From Planctomycetota bacterium (GTDB lineage Bacteria; Planctomycetota; GCA-002687715; CAIWVZ01), in NCBI GenBank assembly GCA_044222185.1, contig JBGANV010000001.1, positions 1,856,001 through 1,920,000 of the forward strand: a stretch of DNA of 64,000 nucleotides, given 5' to 3'. Made by a program: the position numbers and the translations under genes. Of the stretch, positions 41,205-50,805 are shown piece after piece (position 1 is the first letter of the stretch; the number at the start of each line of letters is the position of its first letter). Under the pieces are notes generated by a model. The model was given only the letters and a program-made list of their open reading frames with translations. It had not been told where the DNA came from and ran no database searches.

Positions 41205-42004
41205 GCAGCCGTGTCTGCCGGATCAAAGTGAAGGAACGGGGTCTTGGCCGCAGCCGCGCGCGCGAACGCGCGCTGCAGTGCGCCGTGGGCTCGGGTCACC
41301 GTCGCGTGGAGGTCGACGCCGCGAGCGAGCAGCGCCGCACAGGAGGCCGCGAGCGCACCGCCGGCGCCGCGGAACGATCCCGCGTGCCGCGCGGCGCTCC
41401 ACCGATGGATCGTGCCGCCGTCATGAAGCAGATCGACCGGCCCGGGCCCGTCTCCGTGTCCGCCCTTCGAGAGGACTGCCGGCGCACCGCGCCCGATCAA
41501 CTCTTCCAAGTGACGGATCCGGCCAGCTTCGTCCCGAGCCTCGTCGCCGCCCGCCAGGATCGCGAGCTCGGACGTGTTCGGCAGCGTCAGGTCGGACCGA
41601 GGCAGGAGGAAATCCCTCACCACCTCGATCGCGTCGTCGTCGATCAGTGCTCGACCCGCGCTGGCATGGATCACGGGATCGAGGACCACACGCCCGTGGT
41701 ACTTGTGGAGCCACAGGAGGACCTCACGCGCGACGGGCTCGTTCGCGAGCATCCCGACGAGGACCGCGTCGGGTTCGAAGGTCGCGCTGACGGCTTCGAG
41801 CATCGCCCGCACGTGATCCGGCGCAACGGGGTGGATCGCGTCGACCGTCGCCACCGTCTGAACGGTCAACGCCGTCGGCACGGCGGCACCATGCACGCCC
41901 CACGCGGCGAGGTGCCGCAGATCAGCCTGGATGCCTGCGGCTCCAATGGGATCGGAGCCCCCGATCACGACGACGACGGGTCGGCCCGCGGTTTGGTGTG
42001 TCAC
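41201..42004 (-). CDS. thiD: Hydroxymethylpyrimidine/phosphomethylpyrimidine kinase
   Basis: IGGSDP.GAAGIQADL, TALTVQT, VLDPV, PN..EL and KGGH; GTGA overlap with tdk. Confidence 0.88.
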   Translation of the reverse strand: MTHQTAGRPVVVVIGGSDPIGAAGIQADLRHLAAWGVHGAAVPTALTVQTVATVDAIHPVAPDHVRAMLEAVSATFEPDAVLVGMLANEPVAREVLLWLHKYHGRVVLDPVIHASAGRALIDDDAIEVVRDFLLPRSDLTLPNTSELAILAGGDEARDEAGRIRHLEELIGRGAPAVLSKGGHGDGPGPVDLLHDGGTIHRWSAARHAGSFRGAGGALAASCAALLARGVDLHATVTRAHGALQRAFARAAAAKTPFLHFDPADTAA

Positions 42005-42609
42005 TTGACGCTCTCGTAGGGCGGCTCGAACAGGGGCGCGGGCTCGGCGAAACCGGGCCTGAAGCACTGGCGGCAACGGGCCTCGTAGGAATCGGCGCCG
42101 CCCACCAGGATCTGCCCGCCTCGGCCCGACGTCCGCTGGTTGCGAAGGGCTGGATTTCCGCAGACGACGCAGATCGCCAGGTTCTTCGTCACGTACTCGG
42201 CTTCGACGATCATGGCGGCCATCGTCTGAAACGGCTTGCCCAGGTAGTCCTGTTCGAGGCCGGCCACGATCACCCGTTTGCCCCGCCCCGCGAGCTCGCG
42301 GCAGACGTTCACGAGATCCACCTCGAAGAACTGGGCTTCGTCGATGCCGATGACCTGCACCTGGTCGGTCGTGAACTCGAGGATCTCCTCCGAACGAGAG
42401 ACGACGCGCGACGGGATCCGCTGGGACGAGTGGGAGACGACGTCCTCGGCGTCATACCGGCGGTCGATGGCCGGCTTGAAGACGCGAACGGCCTGGCGGG
42501 CGATCAACGCGCGACGCAGGCGGCGGATCAGCTCCTCGGTCTTGCCCGAGAACATGCTGCCGCAGATCACCTCGATGAATCCCGAACCCTCGCGCCAGAG
42601 CGTGTTCAT
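42001..42609 (-). CDS. tdk: Thymidine kinase
   Basis: ICGSMFSGKTEEL, IDEAQFF, and Zn cysteines CVVC / CRQC. Confidence 0.96.
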   Translation of the reverse strand: MNTLWREGSGFIEVICGSMFSGKTEELIRRLRRALIARQAVRVFKPAIDRRYDAEDVVSHSSQRIPSRVVSRSEEILEFTTDQVQVIGIDEAQFFEVDLVNVCRELAGRGKRVIVAGLEQDYLGKPFQTMAAMIVEAEYVTKNLAICVVCGNPALRNQRTSGRGGQILVGGADSYEARCRQCFRPGFAEPAPLFEPPYESVK

Positions 42610-42756
42610 CCTGCGCGCCTTCGTCCCACGGCGTTCGAAGTGCAGCCGGAGGAGATCCGACCGACGGCCCCTCCGGTGGGGCCACGGCGGATCCGGCTGC
42701 CGTGCGGGCGGGATGGTATCAGCTTCGCCGCGCCCGTCGCCCCCCGGAACGTCTGC

Positions 42757-43842
42757 TCAGAGCGTGATCCGGTGGCACGGGATTTCCGTGCTCAACAGCG
42801 GCGCGCCGTCGGACGACTTCTCGCCGAGAGCATCGAGGAACCGACGCCAGAGCCGGCTGACGAGCGAAAGGTAGAGCTCCTTCGACTCCTCGCTCATGTC
42901 GACGCGCCCGGCTGCCATGGTGTTGTGGCCGCCGCCGACGCCGTCGTTCGCGAGAACGGTCCGGACGAGATCGCCGGCGTCCTTGTCACCCTGGTTGGTG
43001 CGCACTGAGAGGTAGATGCGCTTTTCGTGGTAGCCGAAGCATCCCGACCACTGGACGCCCTCGAGCCGAAGGAACCGGTCGGCCACGTCCGCCACCATGT
43101 CCGGGTAGGAGACGTGCCCGAGTTCGGTGAGGACGCAGCGGTTGTAGACCACGGCCCTGCCGATGGCCTTGCGGAATTCCTCGAAGTACGCCCGTTTCAG
43201 CGGCGGGTTTTGCACCCGCCCGAGCAGATCACGGTCCACGCGCCGCAAGAGCCACTCGTAGGCGAGGATGTCGTTCTCGAACGTGCGGCGGGTGAGGTCG
43301 ATGGTGTCCGATTTGATGCCGATGAACAGGGCCGTCGCGACCCGCGGCTCGGGCTCGAGCCGGCACTCCTGCATGTACTCCGTCAGGATCGTGCACGTCG
43401 ACCCGTAGCCCGTGCGGACGTCGTGGTACGGAAGGTCCTTCGTCGACTCGACGAACGGGTGGTGGTCGACGCAACCGACCAGAGGCAATCGATCGACGTC
43501 CGGCATGTAGCCGAAGTCGGGCTGGGCGTCGACGAGGAAGGCGGCATCGTAGCGCGACTGGTCGACTTTGCGCGCCGGCTGGAGCTCGGGCGCCACCAGG
43601 TCGGCGAGCTGGCGGTTCTCGGCCCGCCCGATGAGACCCCGGTAGCAGAGCCCCACTTCCTTGCCGAACTCATCCTGCAGGATCTGGCGCATGGCGAGCG
43701 CCGCGCCCAGGGAGTCGGGGTCCGGGTTCATGTGGCAGTAGACCAGGACCCGCGGCTTCTTGTCGAGCGCCTGCCTGAGCCTGGCCATGCGCGGCGTGAG
43801 GACGACCGCCTGCCCTGCGCTCCCACCACTCCTGTTGATCAT
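42757..43842 (-). CDS. DHH family phosphoesterase (DHH-DHHA1)
   Basis: H.NPDPDS, VDHH, GI.SDT and GGGH..MA.G. Confidence 0.92.
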   Translation of the reverse strand: MINRSGGSAGQAVVLTPRMARLRQALDKKPRVLVYCHMNPDPDSLGAALAMRQILQDEFGKEVGLCYRGLIGRAENRQLADLVAPELQPARKVDQSRYDAAFLVDAQPDFGYMPDVDRLPLVGCVDHHPFVESTKDLPYHDVRTGYGSTCTILTEYMQECRLEPEPRVATALFIGIKSDTIDLTRRTFENDILAYEWLLRRVDRDLLGRVQNPPLKRAYFEEFRKAIGRAVVYNRCVLTELGHVSYPDMVADVADRFLRLEGVQWSGCFGYHEKRIYLSVRTNQGDKDAGDLVRTVLANDGVGGGHNTMAAGRVDMSEESKELYLSLVSRLWRRFLDALGEKSSDGAPLLSTEIPCHRITL

Positions 43843-44726
43843 CCCGTCGCGCCTCCAACCCAACCCAGTTGCCGTTCCGCGTCCTCGGCTCCGCCGATGA
43901 CTTGCGCTGACGAAGCCCCGGGGGCTGGTCGCCAGGCAAACGGAAGACTCCTGCTGATGACATCGCGCAAAAAGCCCGTGTCACCGGAGCCCGAGTCACC
44001 GGGCCCTGTCGTTCGAGTCCGGAGATCGTGCTCCGAAATCAGGAGAAACCCAAGTTTCGCGCTGAACGCGTTGGTCCACATCGCAAGCGGCGCGCCAACT
44101 CCCGAGGCAGCGGCACGGCCCGTCCAGCCGGAGTCCAGCGCCAACCCGACGCGGCGGCCCGACAGCCCTTCGAGGAGCCACCCGGCCGTCTCTAAGTCCA
44201 TGAAGGACAGCGGGTCAGCATCGGGCAGGAGCAAGACTCGGACGGGGTCGACCAGCCGGGCCACGTCGAACACGACTCGGCAGATGGCTTCTGCGTGGGC
44301 GGCGCGAGCGGCGGCACGTGCGGAGGTCGACGCGGTCGAAGTCGCTCCAACGTCCGGTACGTTCGACGCGAGGGCCGACGCCTCGTCGCCCGACACGGCG
44401 CGCCCCACGGGGACGATCAGGGTTCGCGTGCGCGTCACCGAGAGAAGGTCGAAGGAGCGAGTGAGCGCGGCGTGCGCGCGGTCACGCCAGGCCGGGTCGG
44501 CGGCCGCGATCGTCCACGTGGACTCGCCGTCGATCGCCGTGGGCGCCACGATCGCCGTCGTCGGCGGTCGCAACACGGACGCAGCGGCCAGGTCGGCGTC
44601 GAGCGCACCGTCCGGCGGCGCGCCCTCGAGTACGAGCGATGGCGCCCCGAGATCCAGCAGCCGCTTGGCAACCGGAAGGAGTCCATGGACACGGACGGCG
44701 TCGAGTCGGGTCGAGACCGGGATCAT
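43839..44726 (-). CDS. Hypothetical protein, possibly degenerate xylose-isomerase-like TIM barrel
   Basis: Operonic between purB and the DHH gene (ATGA overlap); VGLALDSG resembles the TIM-barrel motif. Confidence 0.55.
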   Translation of the reverse strand: MIPVSTRLDAVRVHGLLPVAKRLLDLGAPSLVLEGAPPDGALDADLAAASVLRPPTTAIVAPTAIDGESTWTIAAADPAWRDRAHAALTRSFDLLSVTRTRTLIVPVGRAVSGDEASALASNVPDVGATSTASTSARAAARAAHAEAICRVVFDVARLVDPVRVLLLPDADPLSFMDLETAGWLLEGLSGRRVGLALDSGWTGRAAASGVGAPLAMWTNAFSAKLGFLLISEHDLRTRTTGPGDSGSGDTGFLRDVISRSLPFAWRPAPGASSAQVIGGAEDAERQLGWVGGATG

Positions 44727-44729
44727 CCC

Positions 44730-46169
44730 TCAGACCCGGATTTCGTCCGCGATCGGCGCTTCGTTCCGATCGCGCAGGATCGGATCCACGCGCTCGGCGA
44801 TGAAGGCGACGACCTGGTCGGGTGCACGTCCCACGTAGCGCTCGGGGACGAGGTCGCCGGCCATGCTGGTGACGGTCGCGGCGAGCGTCGGTTCCCTCCG
44901 GGCTCGTTCCAGGAAGTCGTTCGCCCCGCCCTCCTCCTTCACGTGCTCCTGCGCCGCGATCGACAACTTGCGGATGGTCTCGTGGAGGGCCTGACGGTCG
45001 CCGCCCGCGCGGACGGCATGCATGAGGATCTCCTCCGAGGCGATCAGCGGAAGCTGCTCCCGCGCGTGACGGGCGATCACCCGCTCGCGCACGATCAGCC
45101 CGCGGCAGACGTTGGAAAGCAACTCGAGGATGGAGTCCGCGGAGAGGAAGCCCTCGCTCAACGCGAGACGACGATTCGCCGAATCGTCGAGCGTCCGCTC
45201 GAGCCACTGCTGCGCCGCCGTGTGAGCCGGGTTCTGCGCGAGGATGATCAGATAGCGCGACAGGGAGCAGATTCGTTCGCTCCGCATCGGGTTGCGCTTG
45301 TACGCCATGGCGGACGAACCGATCTGGTTGCTCTCGAACGGCTCCTCGATCTCGTTTTCGTGGCAGAGCAGGCGGATGTCGCCAGCGAGCTTCTGCGCCG
45401 ACTGCCCGAGGGACGCCAGGAGGTTCAGCACGCGGCTGTCCTGCTTGCGTGAGTAGGTCTGGCCCGTGACGGGCACGATCTCAGTGAATCCCAGTCGTGC
45501 GGCGAACCGGCGCTCGAGATCGAGCACCCGGTCGCGATCACCGTCGAAGAGTTTCAGGAACGAGTCCTGCGTCCCCGTGGCCCCCTTCAACCCACGGAAC
45601 CGGAGGGTCGCCTGAACGAACTCGAGCTCCTCGTGATCGGAAACGAGGTCGTTCAGCCACAGCGCCGCACGTTTCCCGACGGTCGTGAACTGCGCCGGCT
45701 GATAATGCGTGAACGCGACGCACGCCCGGTCCTTTTCCCTCAGCGCGAAGTCCCGCAGGTGGCGGATCACCCCGCGGAGCTTCCGGCCGACGAGCTCCAG
45801 GGCCTCCCGCATGATGATCAGGTCGGCGTTGTCGGTGACGTCGCACGACGTCGCGCCCAGATGGAGGATCGGGCCGGCCTCGGGGCACTGCTCCTTCAGG
45901 AGGTGGACGTGTGCCATCACGTCGTGCCGGAGCTTGCGCTCGAATTCAGCCGCGCGCTCCAGATCGGCATCGTCCAGATGGTGGCCGATGGCATCCACCT
46001 GGGCCTGTGAAACGGGAAGCCCGAGCTCGCGCTGGGAGGCCGCGAGAGCCAGCCAGATCCGGCGCCAGACGCCGATGCGGCGGCGCTCGGAGAACAGAGC
46101 CGACATGGCTCGGCTCGCGTACCGGGTGGCGAGGTGGCTCTCGTACGTGGAACCCGCTGGCTGTGTCAT
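44730..46169 (-). CDS. purB: Adenylosuccinate lyase
   Basis: RHDVMAH, HLGATS, FTHYQPAQ and GSSAMAYKRNP signature. Confidence 0.96.
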   Translation of the reverse strand: MTQPAGSTYESHLATRYASRAMSALFSERRRIGVWRRIWLALAASQRELGLPVSQAQVDAIGHHLDDADLERAAEFERKLRHDVMAHVHLLKEQCPEAGPILHLGATSCDVTDNADLIIMREALELVGRKLRGVIRHLRDFALREKDRACVAFTHYQPAQFTTVGKRAALWLNDLVSDHEELEFVQATLRFRGLKGATGTQDSFLKLFDGDRDRVLDLERRFAARLGFTEIVPVTGQTYSRKQDSRVLNLLASLGQSAQKLAGDIRLLCHENEIEEPFESNQIGSSAMAYKRNPMRSERICSLSRYLIILAQNPAHTAAQQWLERTLDDSANRRLALSEGFLSADSILELLSNVCRGLIVRERVIARHAREQLPLIASEEILMHAVRAGGDRQALHETIRKLSIAAQEHVKEEGGANDFLERARREPTLAATVTSMAGDLVPERYVGRAPDQVVAFIAERVDPILRDRNEAPIADEIRV

Positions 46170-46178
46170 GACGTGCTC

Positions 46179-46730
46179 TCAACCCGTCGCGCAGGCGGTG
46201 CACAGCGACGGCTGGCCGCTTGCGGAGGTGGTCAGACGATGACACGCGGGGCGGGAGCAGGGCAACACTCGCAACCGGAACGGTGTGCTCGCGGGGTAGA
46301 CCGGATCGGCGCGACGGTGCTGGGCGTATCGCACGAGGTCGTACGCCGCGCGTTGGACGGTCCAGCGAATCCAGGCCGTTCCCAGGTTCATCCGGTCCGT
46401 GACGAGCGCCGGCCCGAGGTCGATGGGCGACGTCAGGCTCCCCCGCCCGCTCGGATCGGTGCGGATGACCGCCTTCAGCCGGATCGTCTCGAGGATCGGG
46501 TTCAGCTGGTCGAGGTCGAGCGGCTCTCCGTCCTCGATCGCCTGGAGGGCGCCGCGCATGGCAGCCACGTTGTTGTGGAGGTACGCCAGCGCCTTGAGAC
46601 GCGACCAGTCCGGCTGGCTGACGAACTCCCTCGATCGGGCCGGGATCACGGCGAGCATCGATTCGTCGGTCGTCCATTCGACCTGCGCGTTCAAGAGCGC
46701 GACGAACGATTGGAATGCCGCTCCGTCCAT
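46179..46730 (-). CDS. Hypothetical protein with C-terminal Cys4 zinc finger (CGNR/ABATE-like)
   Basis: C-terminal CSRPAC...LCTAC; TACACT -10 lies 10 nt before the ATG. Confidence 0.65.
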   Translation of the reverse strand: MDGAAFQSFVALLNAQVEWTTDESMLAVIPARSREFVSQPDWSRLKALAYLHNNVAAMRGALQAIEDGEPLDLDQLNPILETIRLKAVIRTDPSGRGSLTSPIDLGPALVTDRMNLGTAWIRWTVQRAAYDLVRYAQHRRADPVYPASTPFRLRVLPCSRPACHRLTTSASGQPSLCTACATG

Positions 46731-46837
46731 GAGGCGGACGAGTGTAACCCCGCCGCGGAAGGCGGCGAGGTTGCTGGAGGGGTCACGCCGTCGGCGTCTC
46801 GGGACCGACCGGCGTGACGAAGAGCCTCAGGCGCAGG

Positions 46838-48775
46838 TCACCGATCCTCGTCGTCCTCGTCCTTCTCGCCCGCCTTCGCGGGAGCGGTGCGGACATGCGA
46901 CCTCATCGCCTCCTGGCGAACCCCGACGGCAACGCCGGCGCCAAGCGCGATGGCGGGCAGCGTGATCGTCATCGGCGAGTAGTAATCGGTGTAGATCCCG
47001 CTGTCGAGGCTCTGCACCGTGGAGATCGTCCCGAACAGGTGCTTGCAGATCGCCTCGCTGCTCGGGAAGGCCGCCATGTTCAGCTCGAGGCCGTCCATCT
47101 CCGGGATCGAGCCCGGGACGACGGTCTGGAGGATCGGGATCACGGTCTCGACGAGCATGCTCGCGGCCGCGCCCGTGTCCAGATAGCCGACGCCCGAGTT
47201 CCCAGCGTCCTGATTCTCGGCCTTCAGACGCGCGAAGCCGCGCGCGAAGTCCTCGCGCGTCGGCAGTCCGCCTTCCTTGCGCGCCATCGCCGAGATCACG
47301 TTCTTCGCCGCCTGGGGCCAGAGCGTGACGAGAAGGTAGTCGCCGACGAAGGCGTACGAAGGACGGAAGTTCATCCAATCCTCGGGGAACACCCCCATCT
47401 CACCCGTCTCGATGTAGTTGATGGTCGTCTCGCCCCACTTAATCGAACCGTGGGCGCTCTTCGCCTTGGACTTCTTGATGGCCCGGTCGATCAGGCCCTC
47501 GATCTTCGCGCGGTCCTTCACACGGATCATCACACCCATGTCCGGGATCAGGCCGGACTTCGGCATCGCAGCGAACGCGGCGTATTCGGGGCCGAGGTTG
47601 GCGAGGACGTCCTCGCGAAGCTTGACGCTCATGGCCTTCTCGAATCCGGCGATCCCCTCGTGCATCTCCTTGGCGCCGTGTTCGTCCTGGGCCTCGATCA
47701 TCGCCGTGAAGGAGTCGTAGTACTCGCCCATGTTCAGGCCGCTCGCCTGCGCCAGGAAGCTGCCCTTCGGCACCATGGCCAGAAGCTTGGCCGCGTCGAT
47801 CTTCGCGAGGAGCTTGCGGTAGAAAGTGTCGGCTGGAGCGCCGAGGAAAAGGCGCTCTCGGAAGCCGGGGCCGTCGAGGTCGAGTCCGAAGGCGACGGAC
47901 TCCAGCTTGTCGAAGCCCATCGCCGCCATGGGCTTCTTCGCCTCCGGCGATTCAGCAGCGATCATGGCCATGATCGGCTTCAGCCCGACGTAGACCGATC
48001 CGACCGTCTTGGGCCGCATGACCTGTTGCGCGGCCGTGGCGTACGTCGCATTGGTGACGAGCGAGCCGCCGGTCTCTCCCGACTTCACACGTCCCATGGC
48101 CTGTTCGAGGTGCGCATCGCTCGTTCCGGCGAGGAACCAGCCTTCGTGAACGAGCCACGACACCCCGCTGAACGGGCGCTTGGCGTCCGCCTCGCCGGGG
48201 ACGGCGACGTGCTTGGCCGGGACGCCGCCGATCTTCACGTCCGTCGGCTGGACGCCGCCCATGGTCTCCAGCATCTGCTCGAACGACTTGAGGATGTTCT
48301 GGAACGCCTCCTGCCGGCCGCGGAGGTCCATGGCAAGCATCAGATCGATGCTGGGCGGGCCCATCCCGCCACGTGCCGGCGGCTCGAACCGGGTCACGCC
48401 AAAGAGGACGCGCGTGGTTCCCAGTGCCTCGAGGTCGGCCCGTGAGAGCCCCATCTGCTGGAGCTGGGCGTCCATCTGCTCCTGCCCGGCGTGGAACTTC
48501 TCCATCATCCCGCTTATGAACTCCTGCACCTCAGGCTCGTTGATGATCTTCCCGAGCGCCAGTTCCTTGCCGGACTCCTGCCACGGCGCGCCGTTGATCG
48601 AGACCATGCCGAGCGTTTCGGCGGGGAACAGCGCGGCCGGGTCGAGGCCGCCGATGGTCCCCGGACGAACCGCAACGCGGTCTGACCATGCAGCCGCCGC
48701 AACCAGCACGGCCGCAAGTGCCATCGGAGCCGCAATTCTCTTGCAGGCGCCGGCTCCGTGAAGAACGTTCATCAT
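46838..48775 (-). CDS. Secreted DUF3352-like protein
   Basis: Signal-like N-terminus, SD GAGGAG, strong codon bias and a duplicated alpha/beta pattern. Family call is tentative. Confidence 0.7.
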   Translation of the reverse strand: MMNVLHGAGACKRIAAPMALAAVLVAAAAWSDRVAVRPGTIGGLDPAALFPAETLGMVSINGAPWQESGKELALGKIINEPEVQEFISGMMEKFHAGQEQMDAQLQQMGLSRADLEALGTTRVLFGVTRFEPPARGGMGPPSIDLMLAMDLRGRQEAFQNILKSFEQMLETMGGVQPTDVKIGGVPAKHVAVPGEADAKRPFSGVSWLVHEGWFLAGTSDAHLEQAMGRVKSGETGGSLVTNATYATAAQQVMRPKTVGSVYVGLKPIMAMIAAESPEAKKPMAAMGFDKLESVAFGLDLDGPGFRERLFLGAPADTFYRKLLAKIDAAKLLAMVPKGSFLAQASGLNMGEYYDSFTAMIEAQDEHGAKEMHEGIAGFEKAMSVKLREDVLANLGPEYAAFAAMPKSGLIPDMGVMIRVKDRAKIEGLIDRAIKKSKAKSAHGSIKWGETTINYIETGEMGVFPEDWMNFRPSYAFVGDYLLVTLWPQAAKNVISAMARKEGGLPTREDFARGFARLKAENQDAGNSGVGYLDTGAAASMLVETVIPILQTVVPGSIPEMDGLELNMAAFPSSEAICKHLFGTISTVQSLDSGIYTDYYSPMTITLPAIALGAGVAVGVRQEAMRSHVRTAPAKAGEKDEDDEDR

Positions 48776-48980
48776 GTTCAATCTCCTCTTCGCTCCCGGC
48801 GGTCGTCGCCACCGCGACGTTGGCACATGACAGACCCCGGGAAGACAGTGCCTATTCGGCAAGACGCGCATGGCTTTTCGACAAAGACGGAAGACGTCCG
48901 GTCCGAGTCGATGCCTGTTCGGGTGCAAGGGTGCCGCGGCGCGGCCCCACGTTCAACCGGTGCGACAGCGATCGTCCGGA

Positions 48981-49496
48981 CTAGTTCGGTCGCCCGAACC
49001 GGGCCCAGATCGCCGTCTCGATGCAGCGGTCCAGATCCGAGCGGTCCTTGCCGCCCGTCGCCAATGCGAGGACGACCGCCCCCCCGAGGATCAGGAAACC
49101 CAGCAGGGGCCCGCGCCGACGGCCGGGGGCTTTCGGCCAAGGGAGCATGAGGGCGACGGCCGCCCCGGCACCGTCGAGGACGAGGTCGAAAAGACTGCAG
49201 GTCCGGCCCGGGGTGAACGCCTGATGGATCTCGTCCGTGAATCCAAAGGCGGTCGTCACGCCCCAGGCGACCATGCCGGCGAGGGTTCCGAGGCCTGCGG
49301 CTCGTCCGTGCCGATCCGCGGCGATCGCCAGAAGCGCCGCGAGTCCGCCGAAGGCGGCGATGTGGCAGAGATTCCCGTAGGGCCCGGTGGGCCCGCGGTA
49401 CCGAACGGATCCGATCTCGATGGAGTCGCGGTGCGACTCCCAGATGATCATTCCCATCAGTGCGAGGGCGGCCGCCAAGGCGATCGCCCTTCGCAC
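48981..49496 (-). CDS. VanZ family membrane protein
   Basis: H...FG.L and FGFTDEIHQAFTPGRTCS..DL..D..G. Confidence 0.88.
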   Translation of the reverse strand: MRRAIALAAALALMGMIIWESHRDSIEIGSVRYRGPTGPYGNLCHIAAFGGLAALLAIAADRHGRAAGLGTLAGMVAWGVTTAFGFTDEIHQAFTPGRTCSLFDLVLDGAGAAVALMLPWPKAPGRRRGPLLGFLILGGAVVLALATGGKDRSDLDRCIETAIWARFGRPN

Positions 49497-49510
49497 GTCG
49501 ATCCGACGGG

Positions 49511-50383
49511 TCAGGCCGGAACACCCACTTTGCGCGTCGCCTGGTCGCGGAGCCGCATCATGACGTTGCTGTGGATCTGGCAAACGCGTGATTCCGTGAG
49601 GTCGAGGATCCGGCCGATCTCCTTCATCGTGAGACCCTCGTAGTAGTACATGATCACGATGCGCTTTTCCTTGTGACTGAGGTTCTTGGTGAGGACCTCG
49701 ATCACGTCGCGGCGGTGCAGTTCGTCCACCGGTGTACCCGTGCGACGGTCGGCGATGATCTCCGAGTTCTCGAGCCCGCCGTCTTCCTGCTGCTCATCGA
49801 ACTTGTCCGAAAGCGAGAAGATCGTCGCGGCGTTCGATTCCTCGTTCATCTCGCGGTATTCCGTGAGCTTCACGCCGAGCTCTTCCGCCATCTCGTAGTC
49901 CGTCGGCTCCCGGCCAAGGCGCGCTTCGACCGCCTTGTAGGCGCGAGCGATCCGGTTGGCTTTCAGACGCACGAGGCGCGGCACCCAATCCTGGCTGCGC
50001 AGCTCGTCGAGAATCGAGCCGCGGATGCGCATCGTGCAGTAGGTCTTGAACTTGATCCCACGGGTCATGTCGAAGCCGTCGATGGCGTCCATGAGGCCGA
50101 AGAGGCCGGCGGAGGTCAGGTCATCGAGCTCGATGCTTCGCGGGAGCGTCGCGAGAAGTCTCTCGGAGATGTAGCGGACCAACGGGTAGTACGTCTCGAT
50201 CAGGCGGTTGCGGAGCACCGGGTCGCTCGTCGCCTTGAACCGACCCCAGACCTCGTCGAGCTCTCGCGACTCCGTCACGGGCGGGTGGACGGGCGCCGGG
50301 GGCGCAACTTCTTTCCGAGCGGCGACGGCCTTCGGACGGACGACCTTCTTGTGCGCCTTGCGGGAACTCTTGACGTGACCCAT
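49511..50383 (-). CDS. FliA/WhiG family RNA polymerase sigma factor (sigma28)
   Basis: DDLTSAGLFGLMDAI, FKTYC..RIRGSILDELRSQDWVPR and EIGRIL.LTESRVCQIH; SD CAGGAG before ATG 50383. Confidence 0.95.
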   Translation of the reverse strand: MGHVKSSRKAHKKVVRPKAVAARKEVAPPAPVHPPVTESRELDEVWGRFKATSDPVLRNRLIETYYPLVRYISERLLATLPRSIELDDLTSAGLFGLMDAIDGFDMTRGIKFKTYCTMRIRGSILDELRSQDWVPRLVRLKANRIARAYKAVEARLGREPTDYEMAEELGVKLTEYREMNEESNAATIFSLSDKFDEQQEDGGLENSEIIADRRTGTPVDELHRRDVIEVLTKNLSHKEKRIVIMYYYEGLTMKEIGRILDLTESRVCQIHSNVMMRLRDQATRKVGVPA

Positions 50384-50384
50384 G

Positions 50385-50425
50385 TCGGACTCCTGTTTCA
50401 CGCTCTCGTCGGCGATGGAGTCCGA
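50385..50425 (-). promoter_or_regulatory. RBS-sequestering hairpin (putative expression platform)
   Basis: Perfect 9-bp inverted repeat TCGGACTCC/GGAGTCCGA whose 3' arm contains the SD GGAG. Confidence 0.6.
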
Positions 50426-50508
50426 AGCGCGGAGGACTTCGTGGGACTGCGGTGCTTCTGGCGAGGAGGTTTCCTCGCAGGCCACCGCGGCCTCGGCTGT
50501 CACCCTTG

Positions 50509-50600
50509 CTTCGGTAACTGGCTGCCATTCCGCTCGCGCGAGCGGGGAAGGCCCTACAGCTTTGCGTCCCACTCTTTCGAGTGGTTTGCCTTTGTCGTGC
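50509..50600 (-). ncRNA. Cyclic di-GMP-I (GEMM) riboswitch
   Basis: Minus strand reads GGCAAACCACTCGAAAGAGTGGGACGCAAAGCT...GGCAGCCAGTTACCGA. This matches the GEMM consensus: GAAA tetraloop P2, CGCAAAG junction and GTTACCG end. Confidence 0.95.
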
Positions 50601-50691
50601 AGCGCAACAGCGCTACGCGCTCACCGTTTCACATTCACATATCGGCCGGAGACCGGCCGTGTCGTCGGCACCGTTGCCGAGGACGCGCGGG

Positions 50692-50742
50692 AGTCTACCC
50701 GAGAGGTTTTGTAGGTGCCAACTCATTTTTTGGTTTTTTTCC
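50692..50742 (-). promoter_or_regulatory. Putative sigma70 promoter with A-tract UP element
   Basis: TTGGCA-N18-TAGACT preceded by AAAAAAACCAAAAAA, upstream of the riboswitch. Confidence 0.55.
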
Positions 50743-50805
50743 ACCGCGCAAAAAACCCCGGCTGAGCGGCGCGTGCCCCAGGTAACCGGCACGGGCAGAT
50801 GCGCT

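Noticed and set aside
50384-50572. N-terminal extension of the sigma factor in the ORF track
   Set aside because: The GTG lies inside the riboswitch aptamer; a good SD precedes ATG 50383
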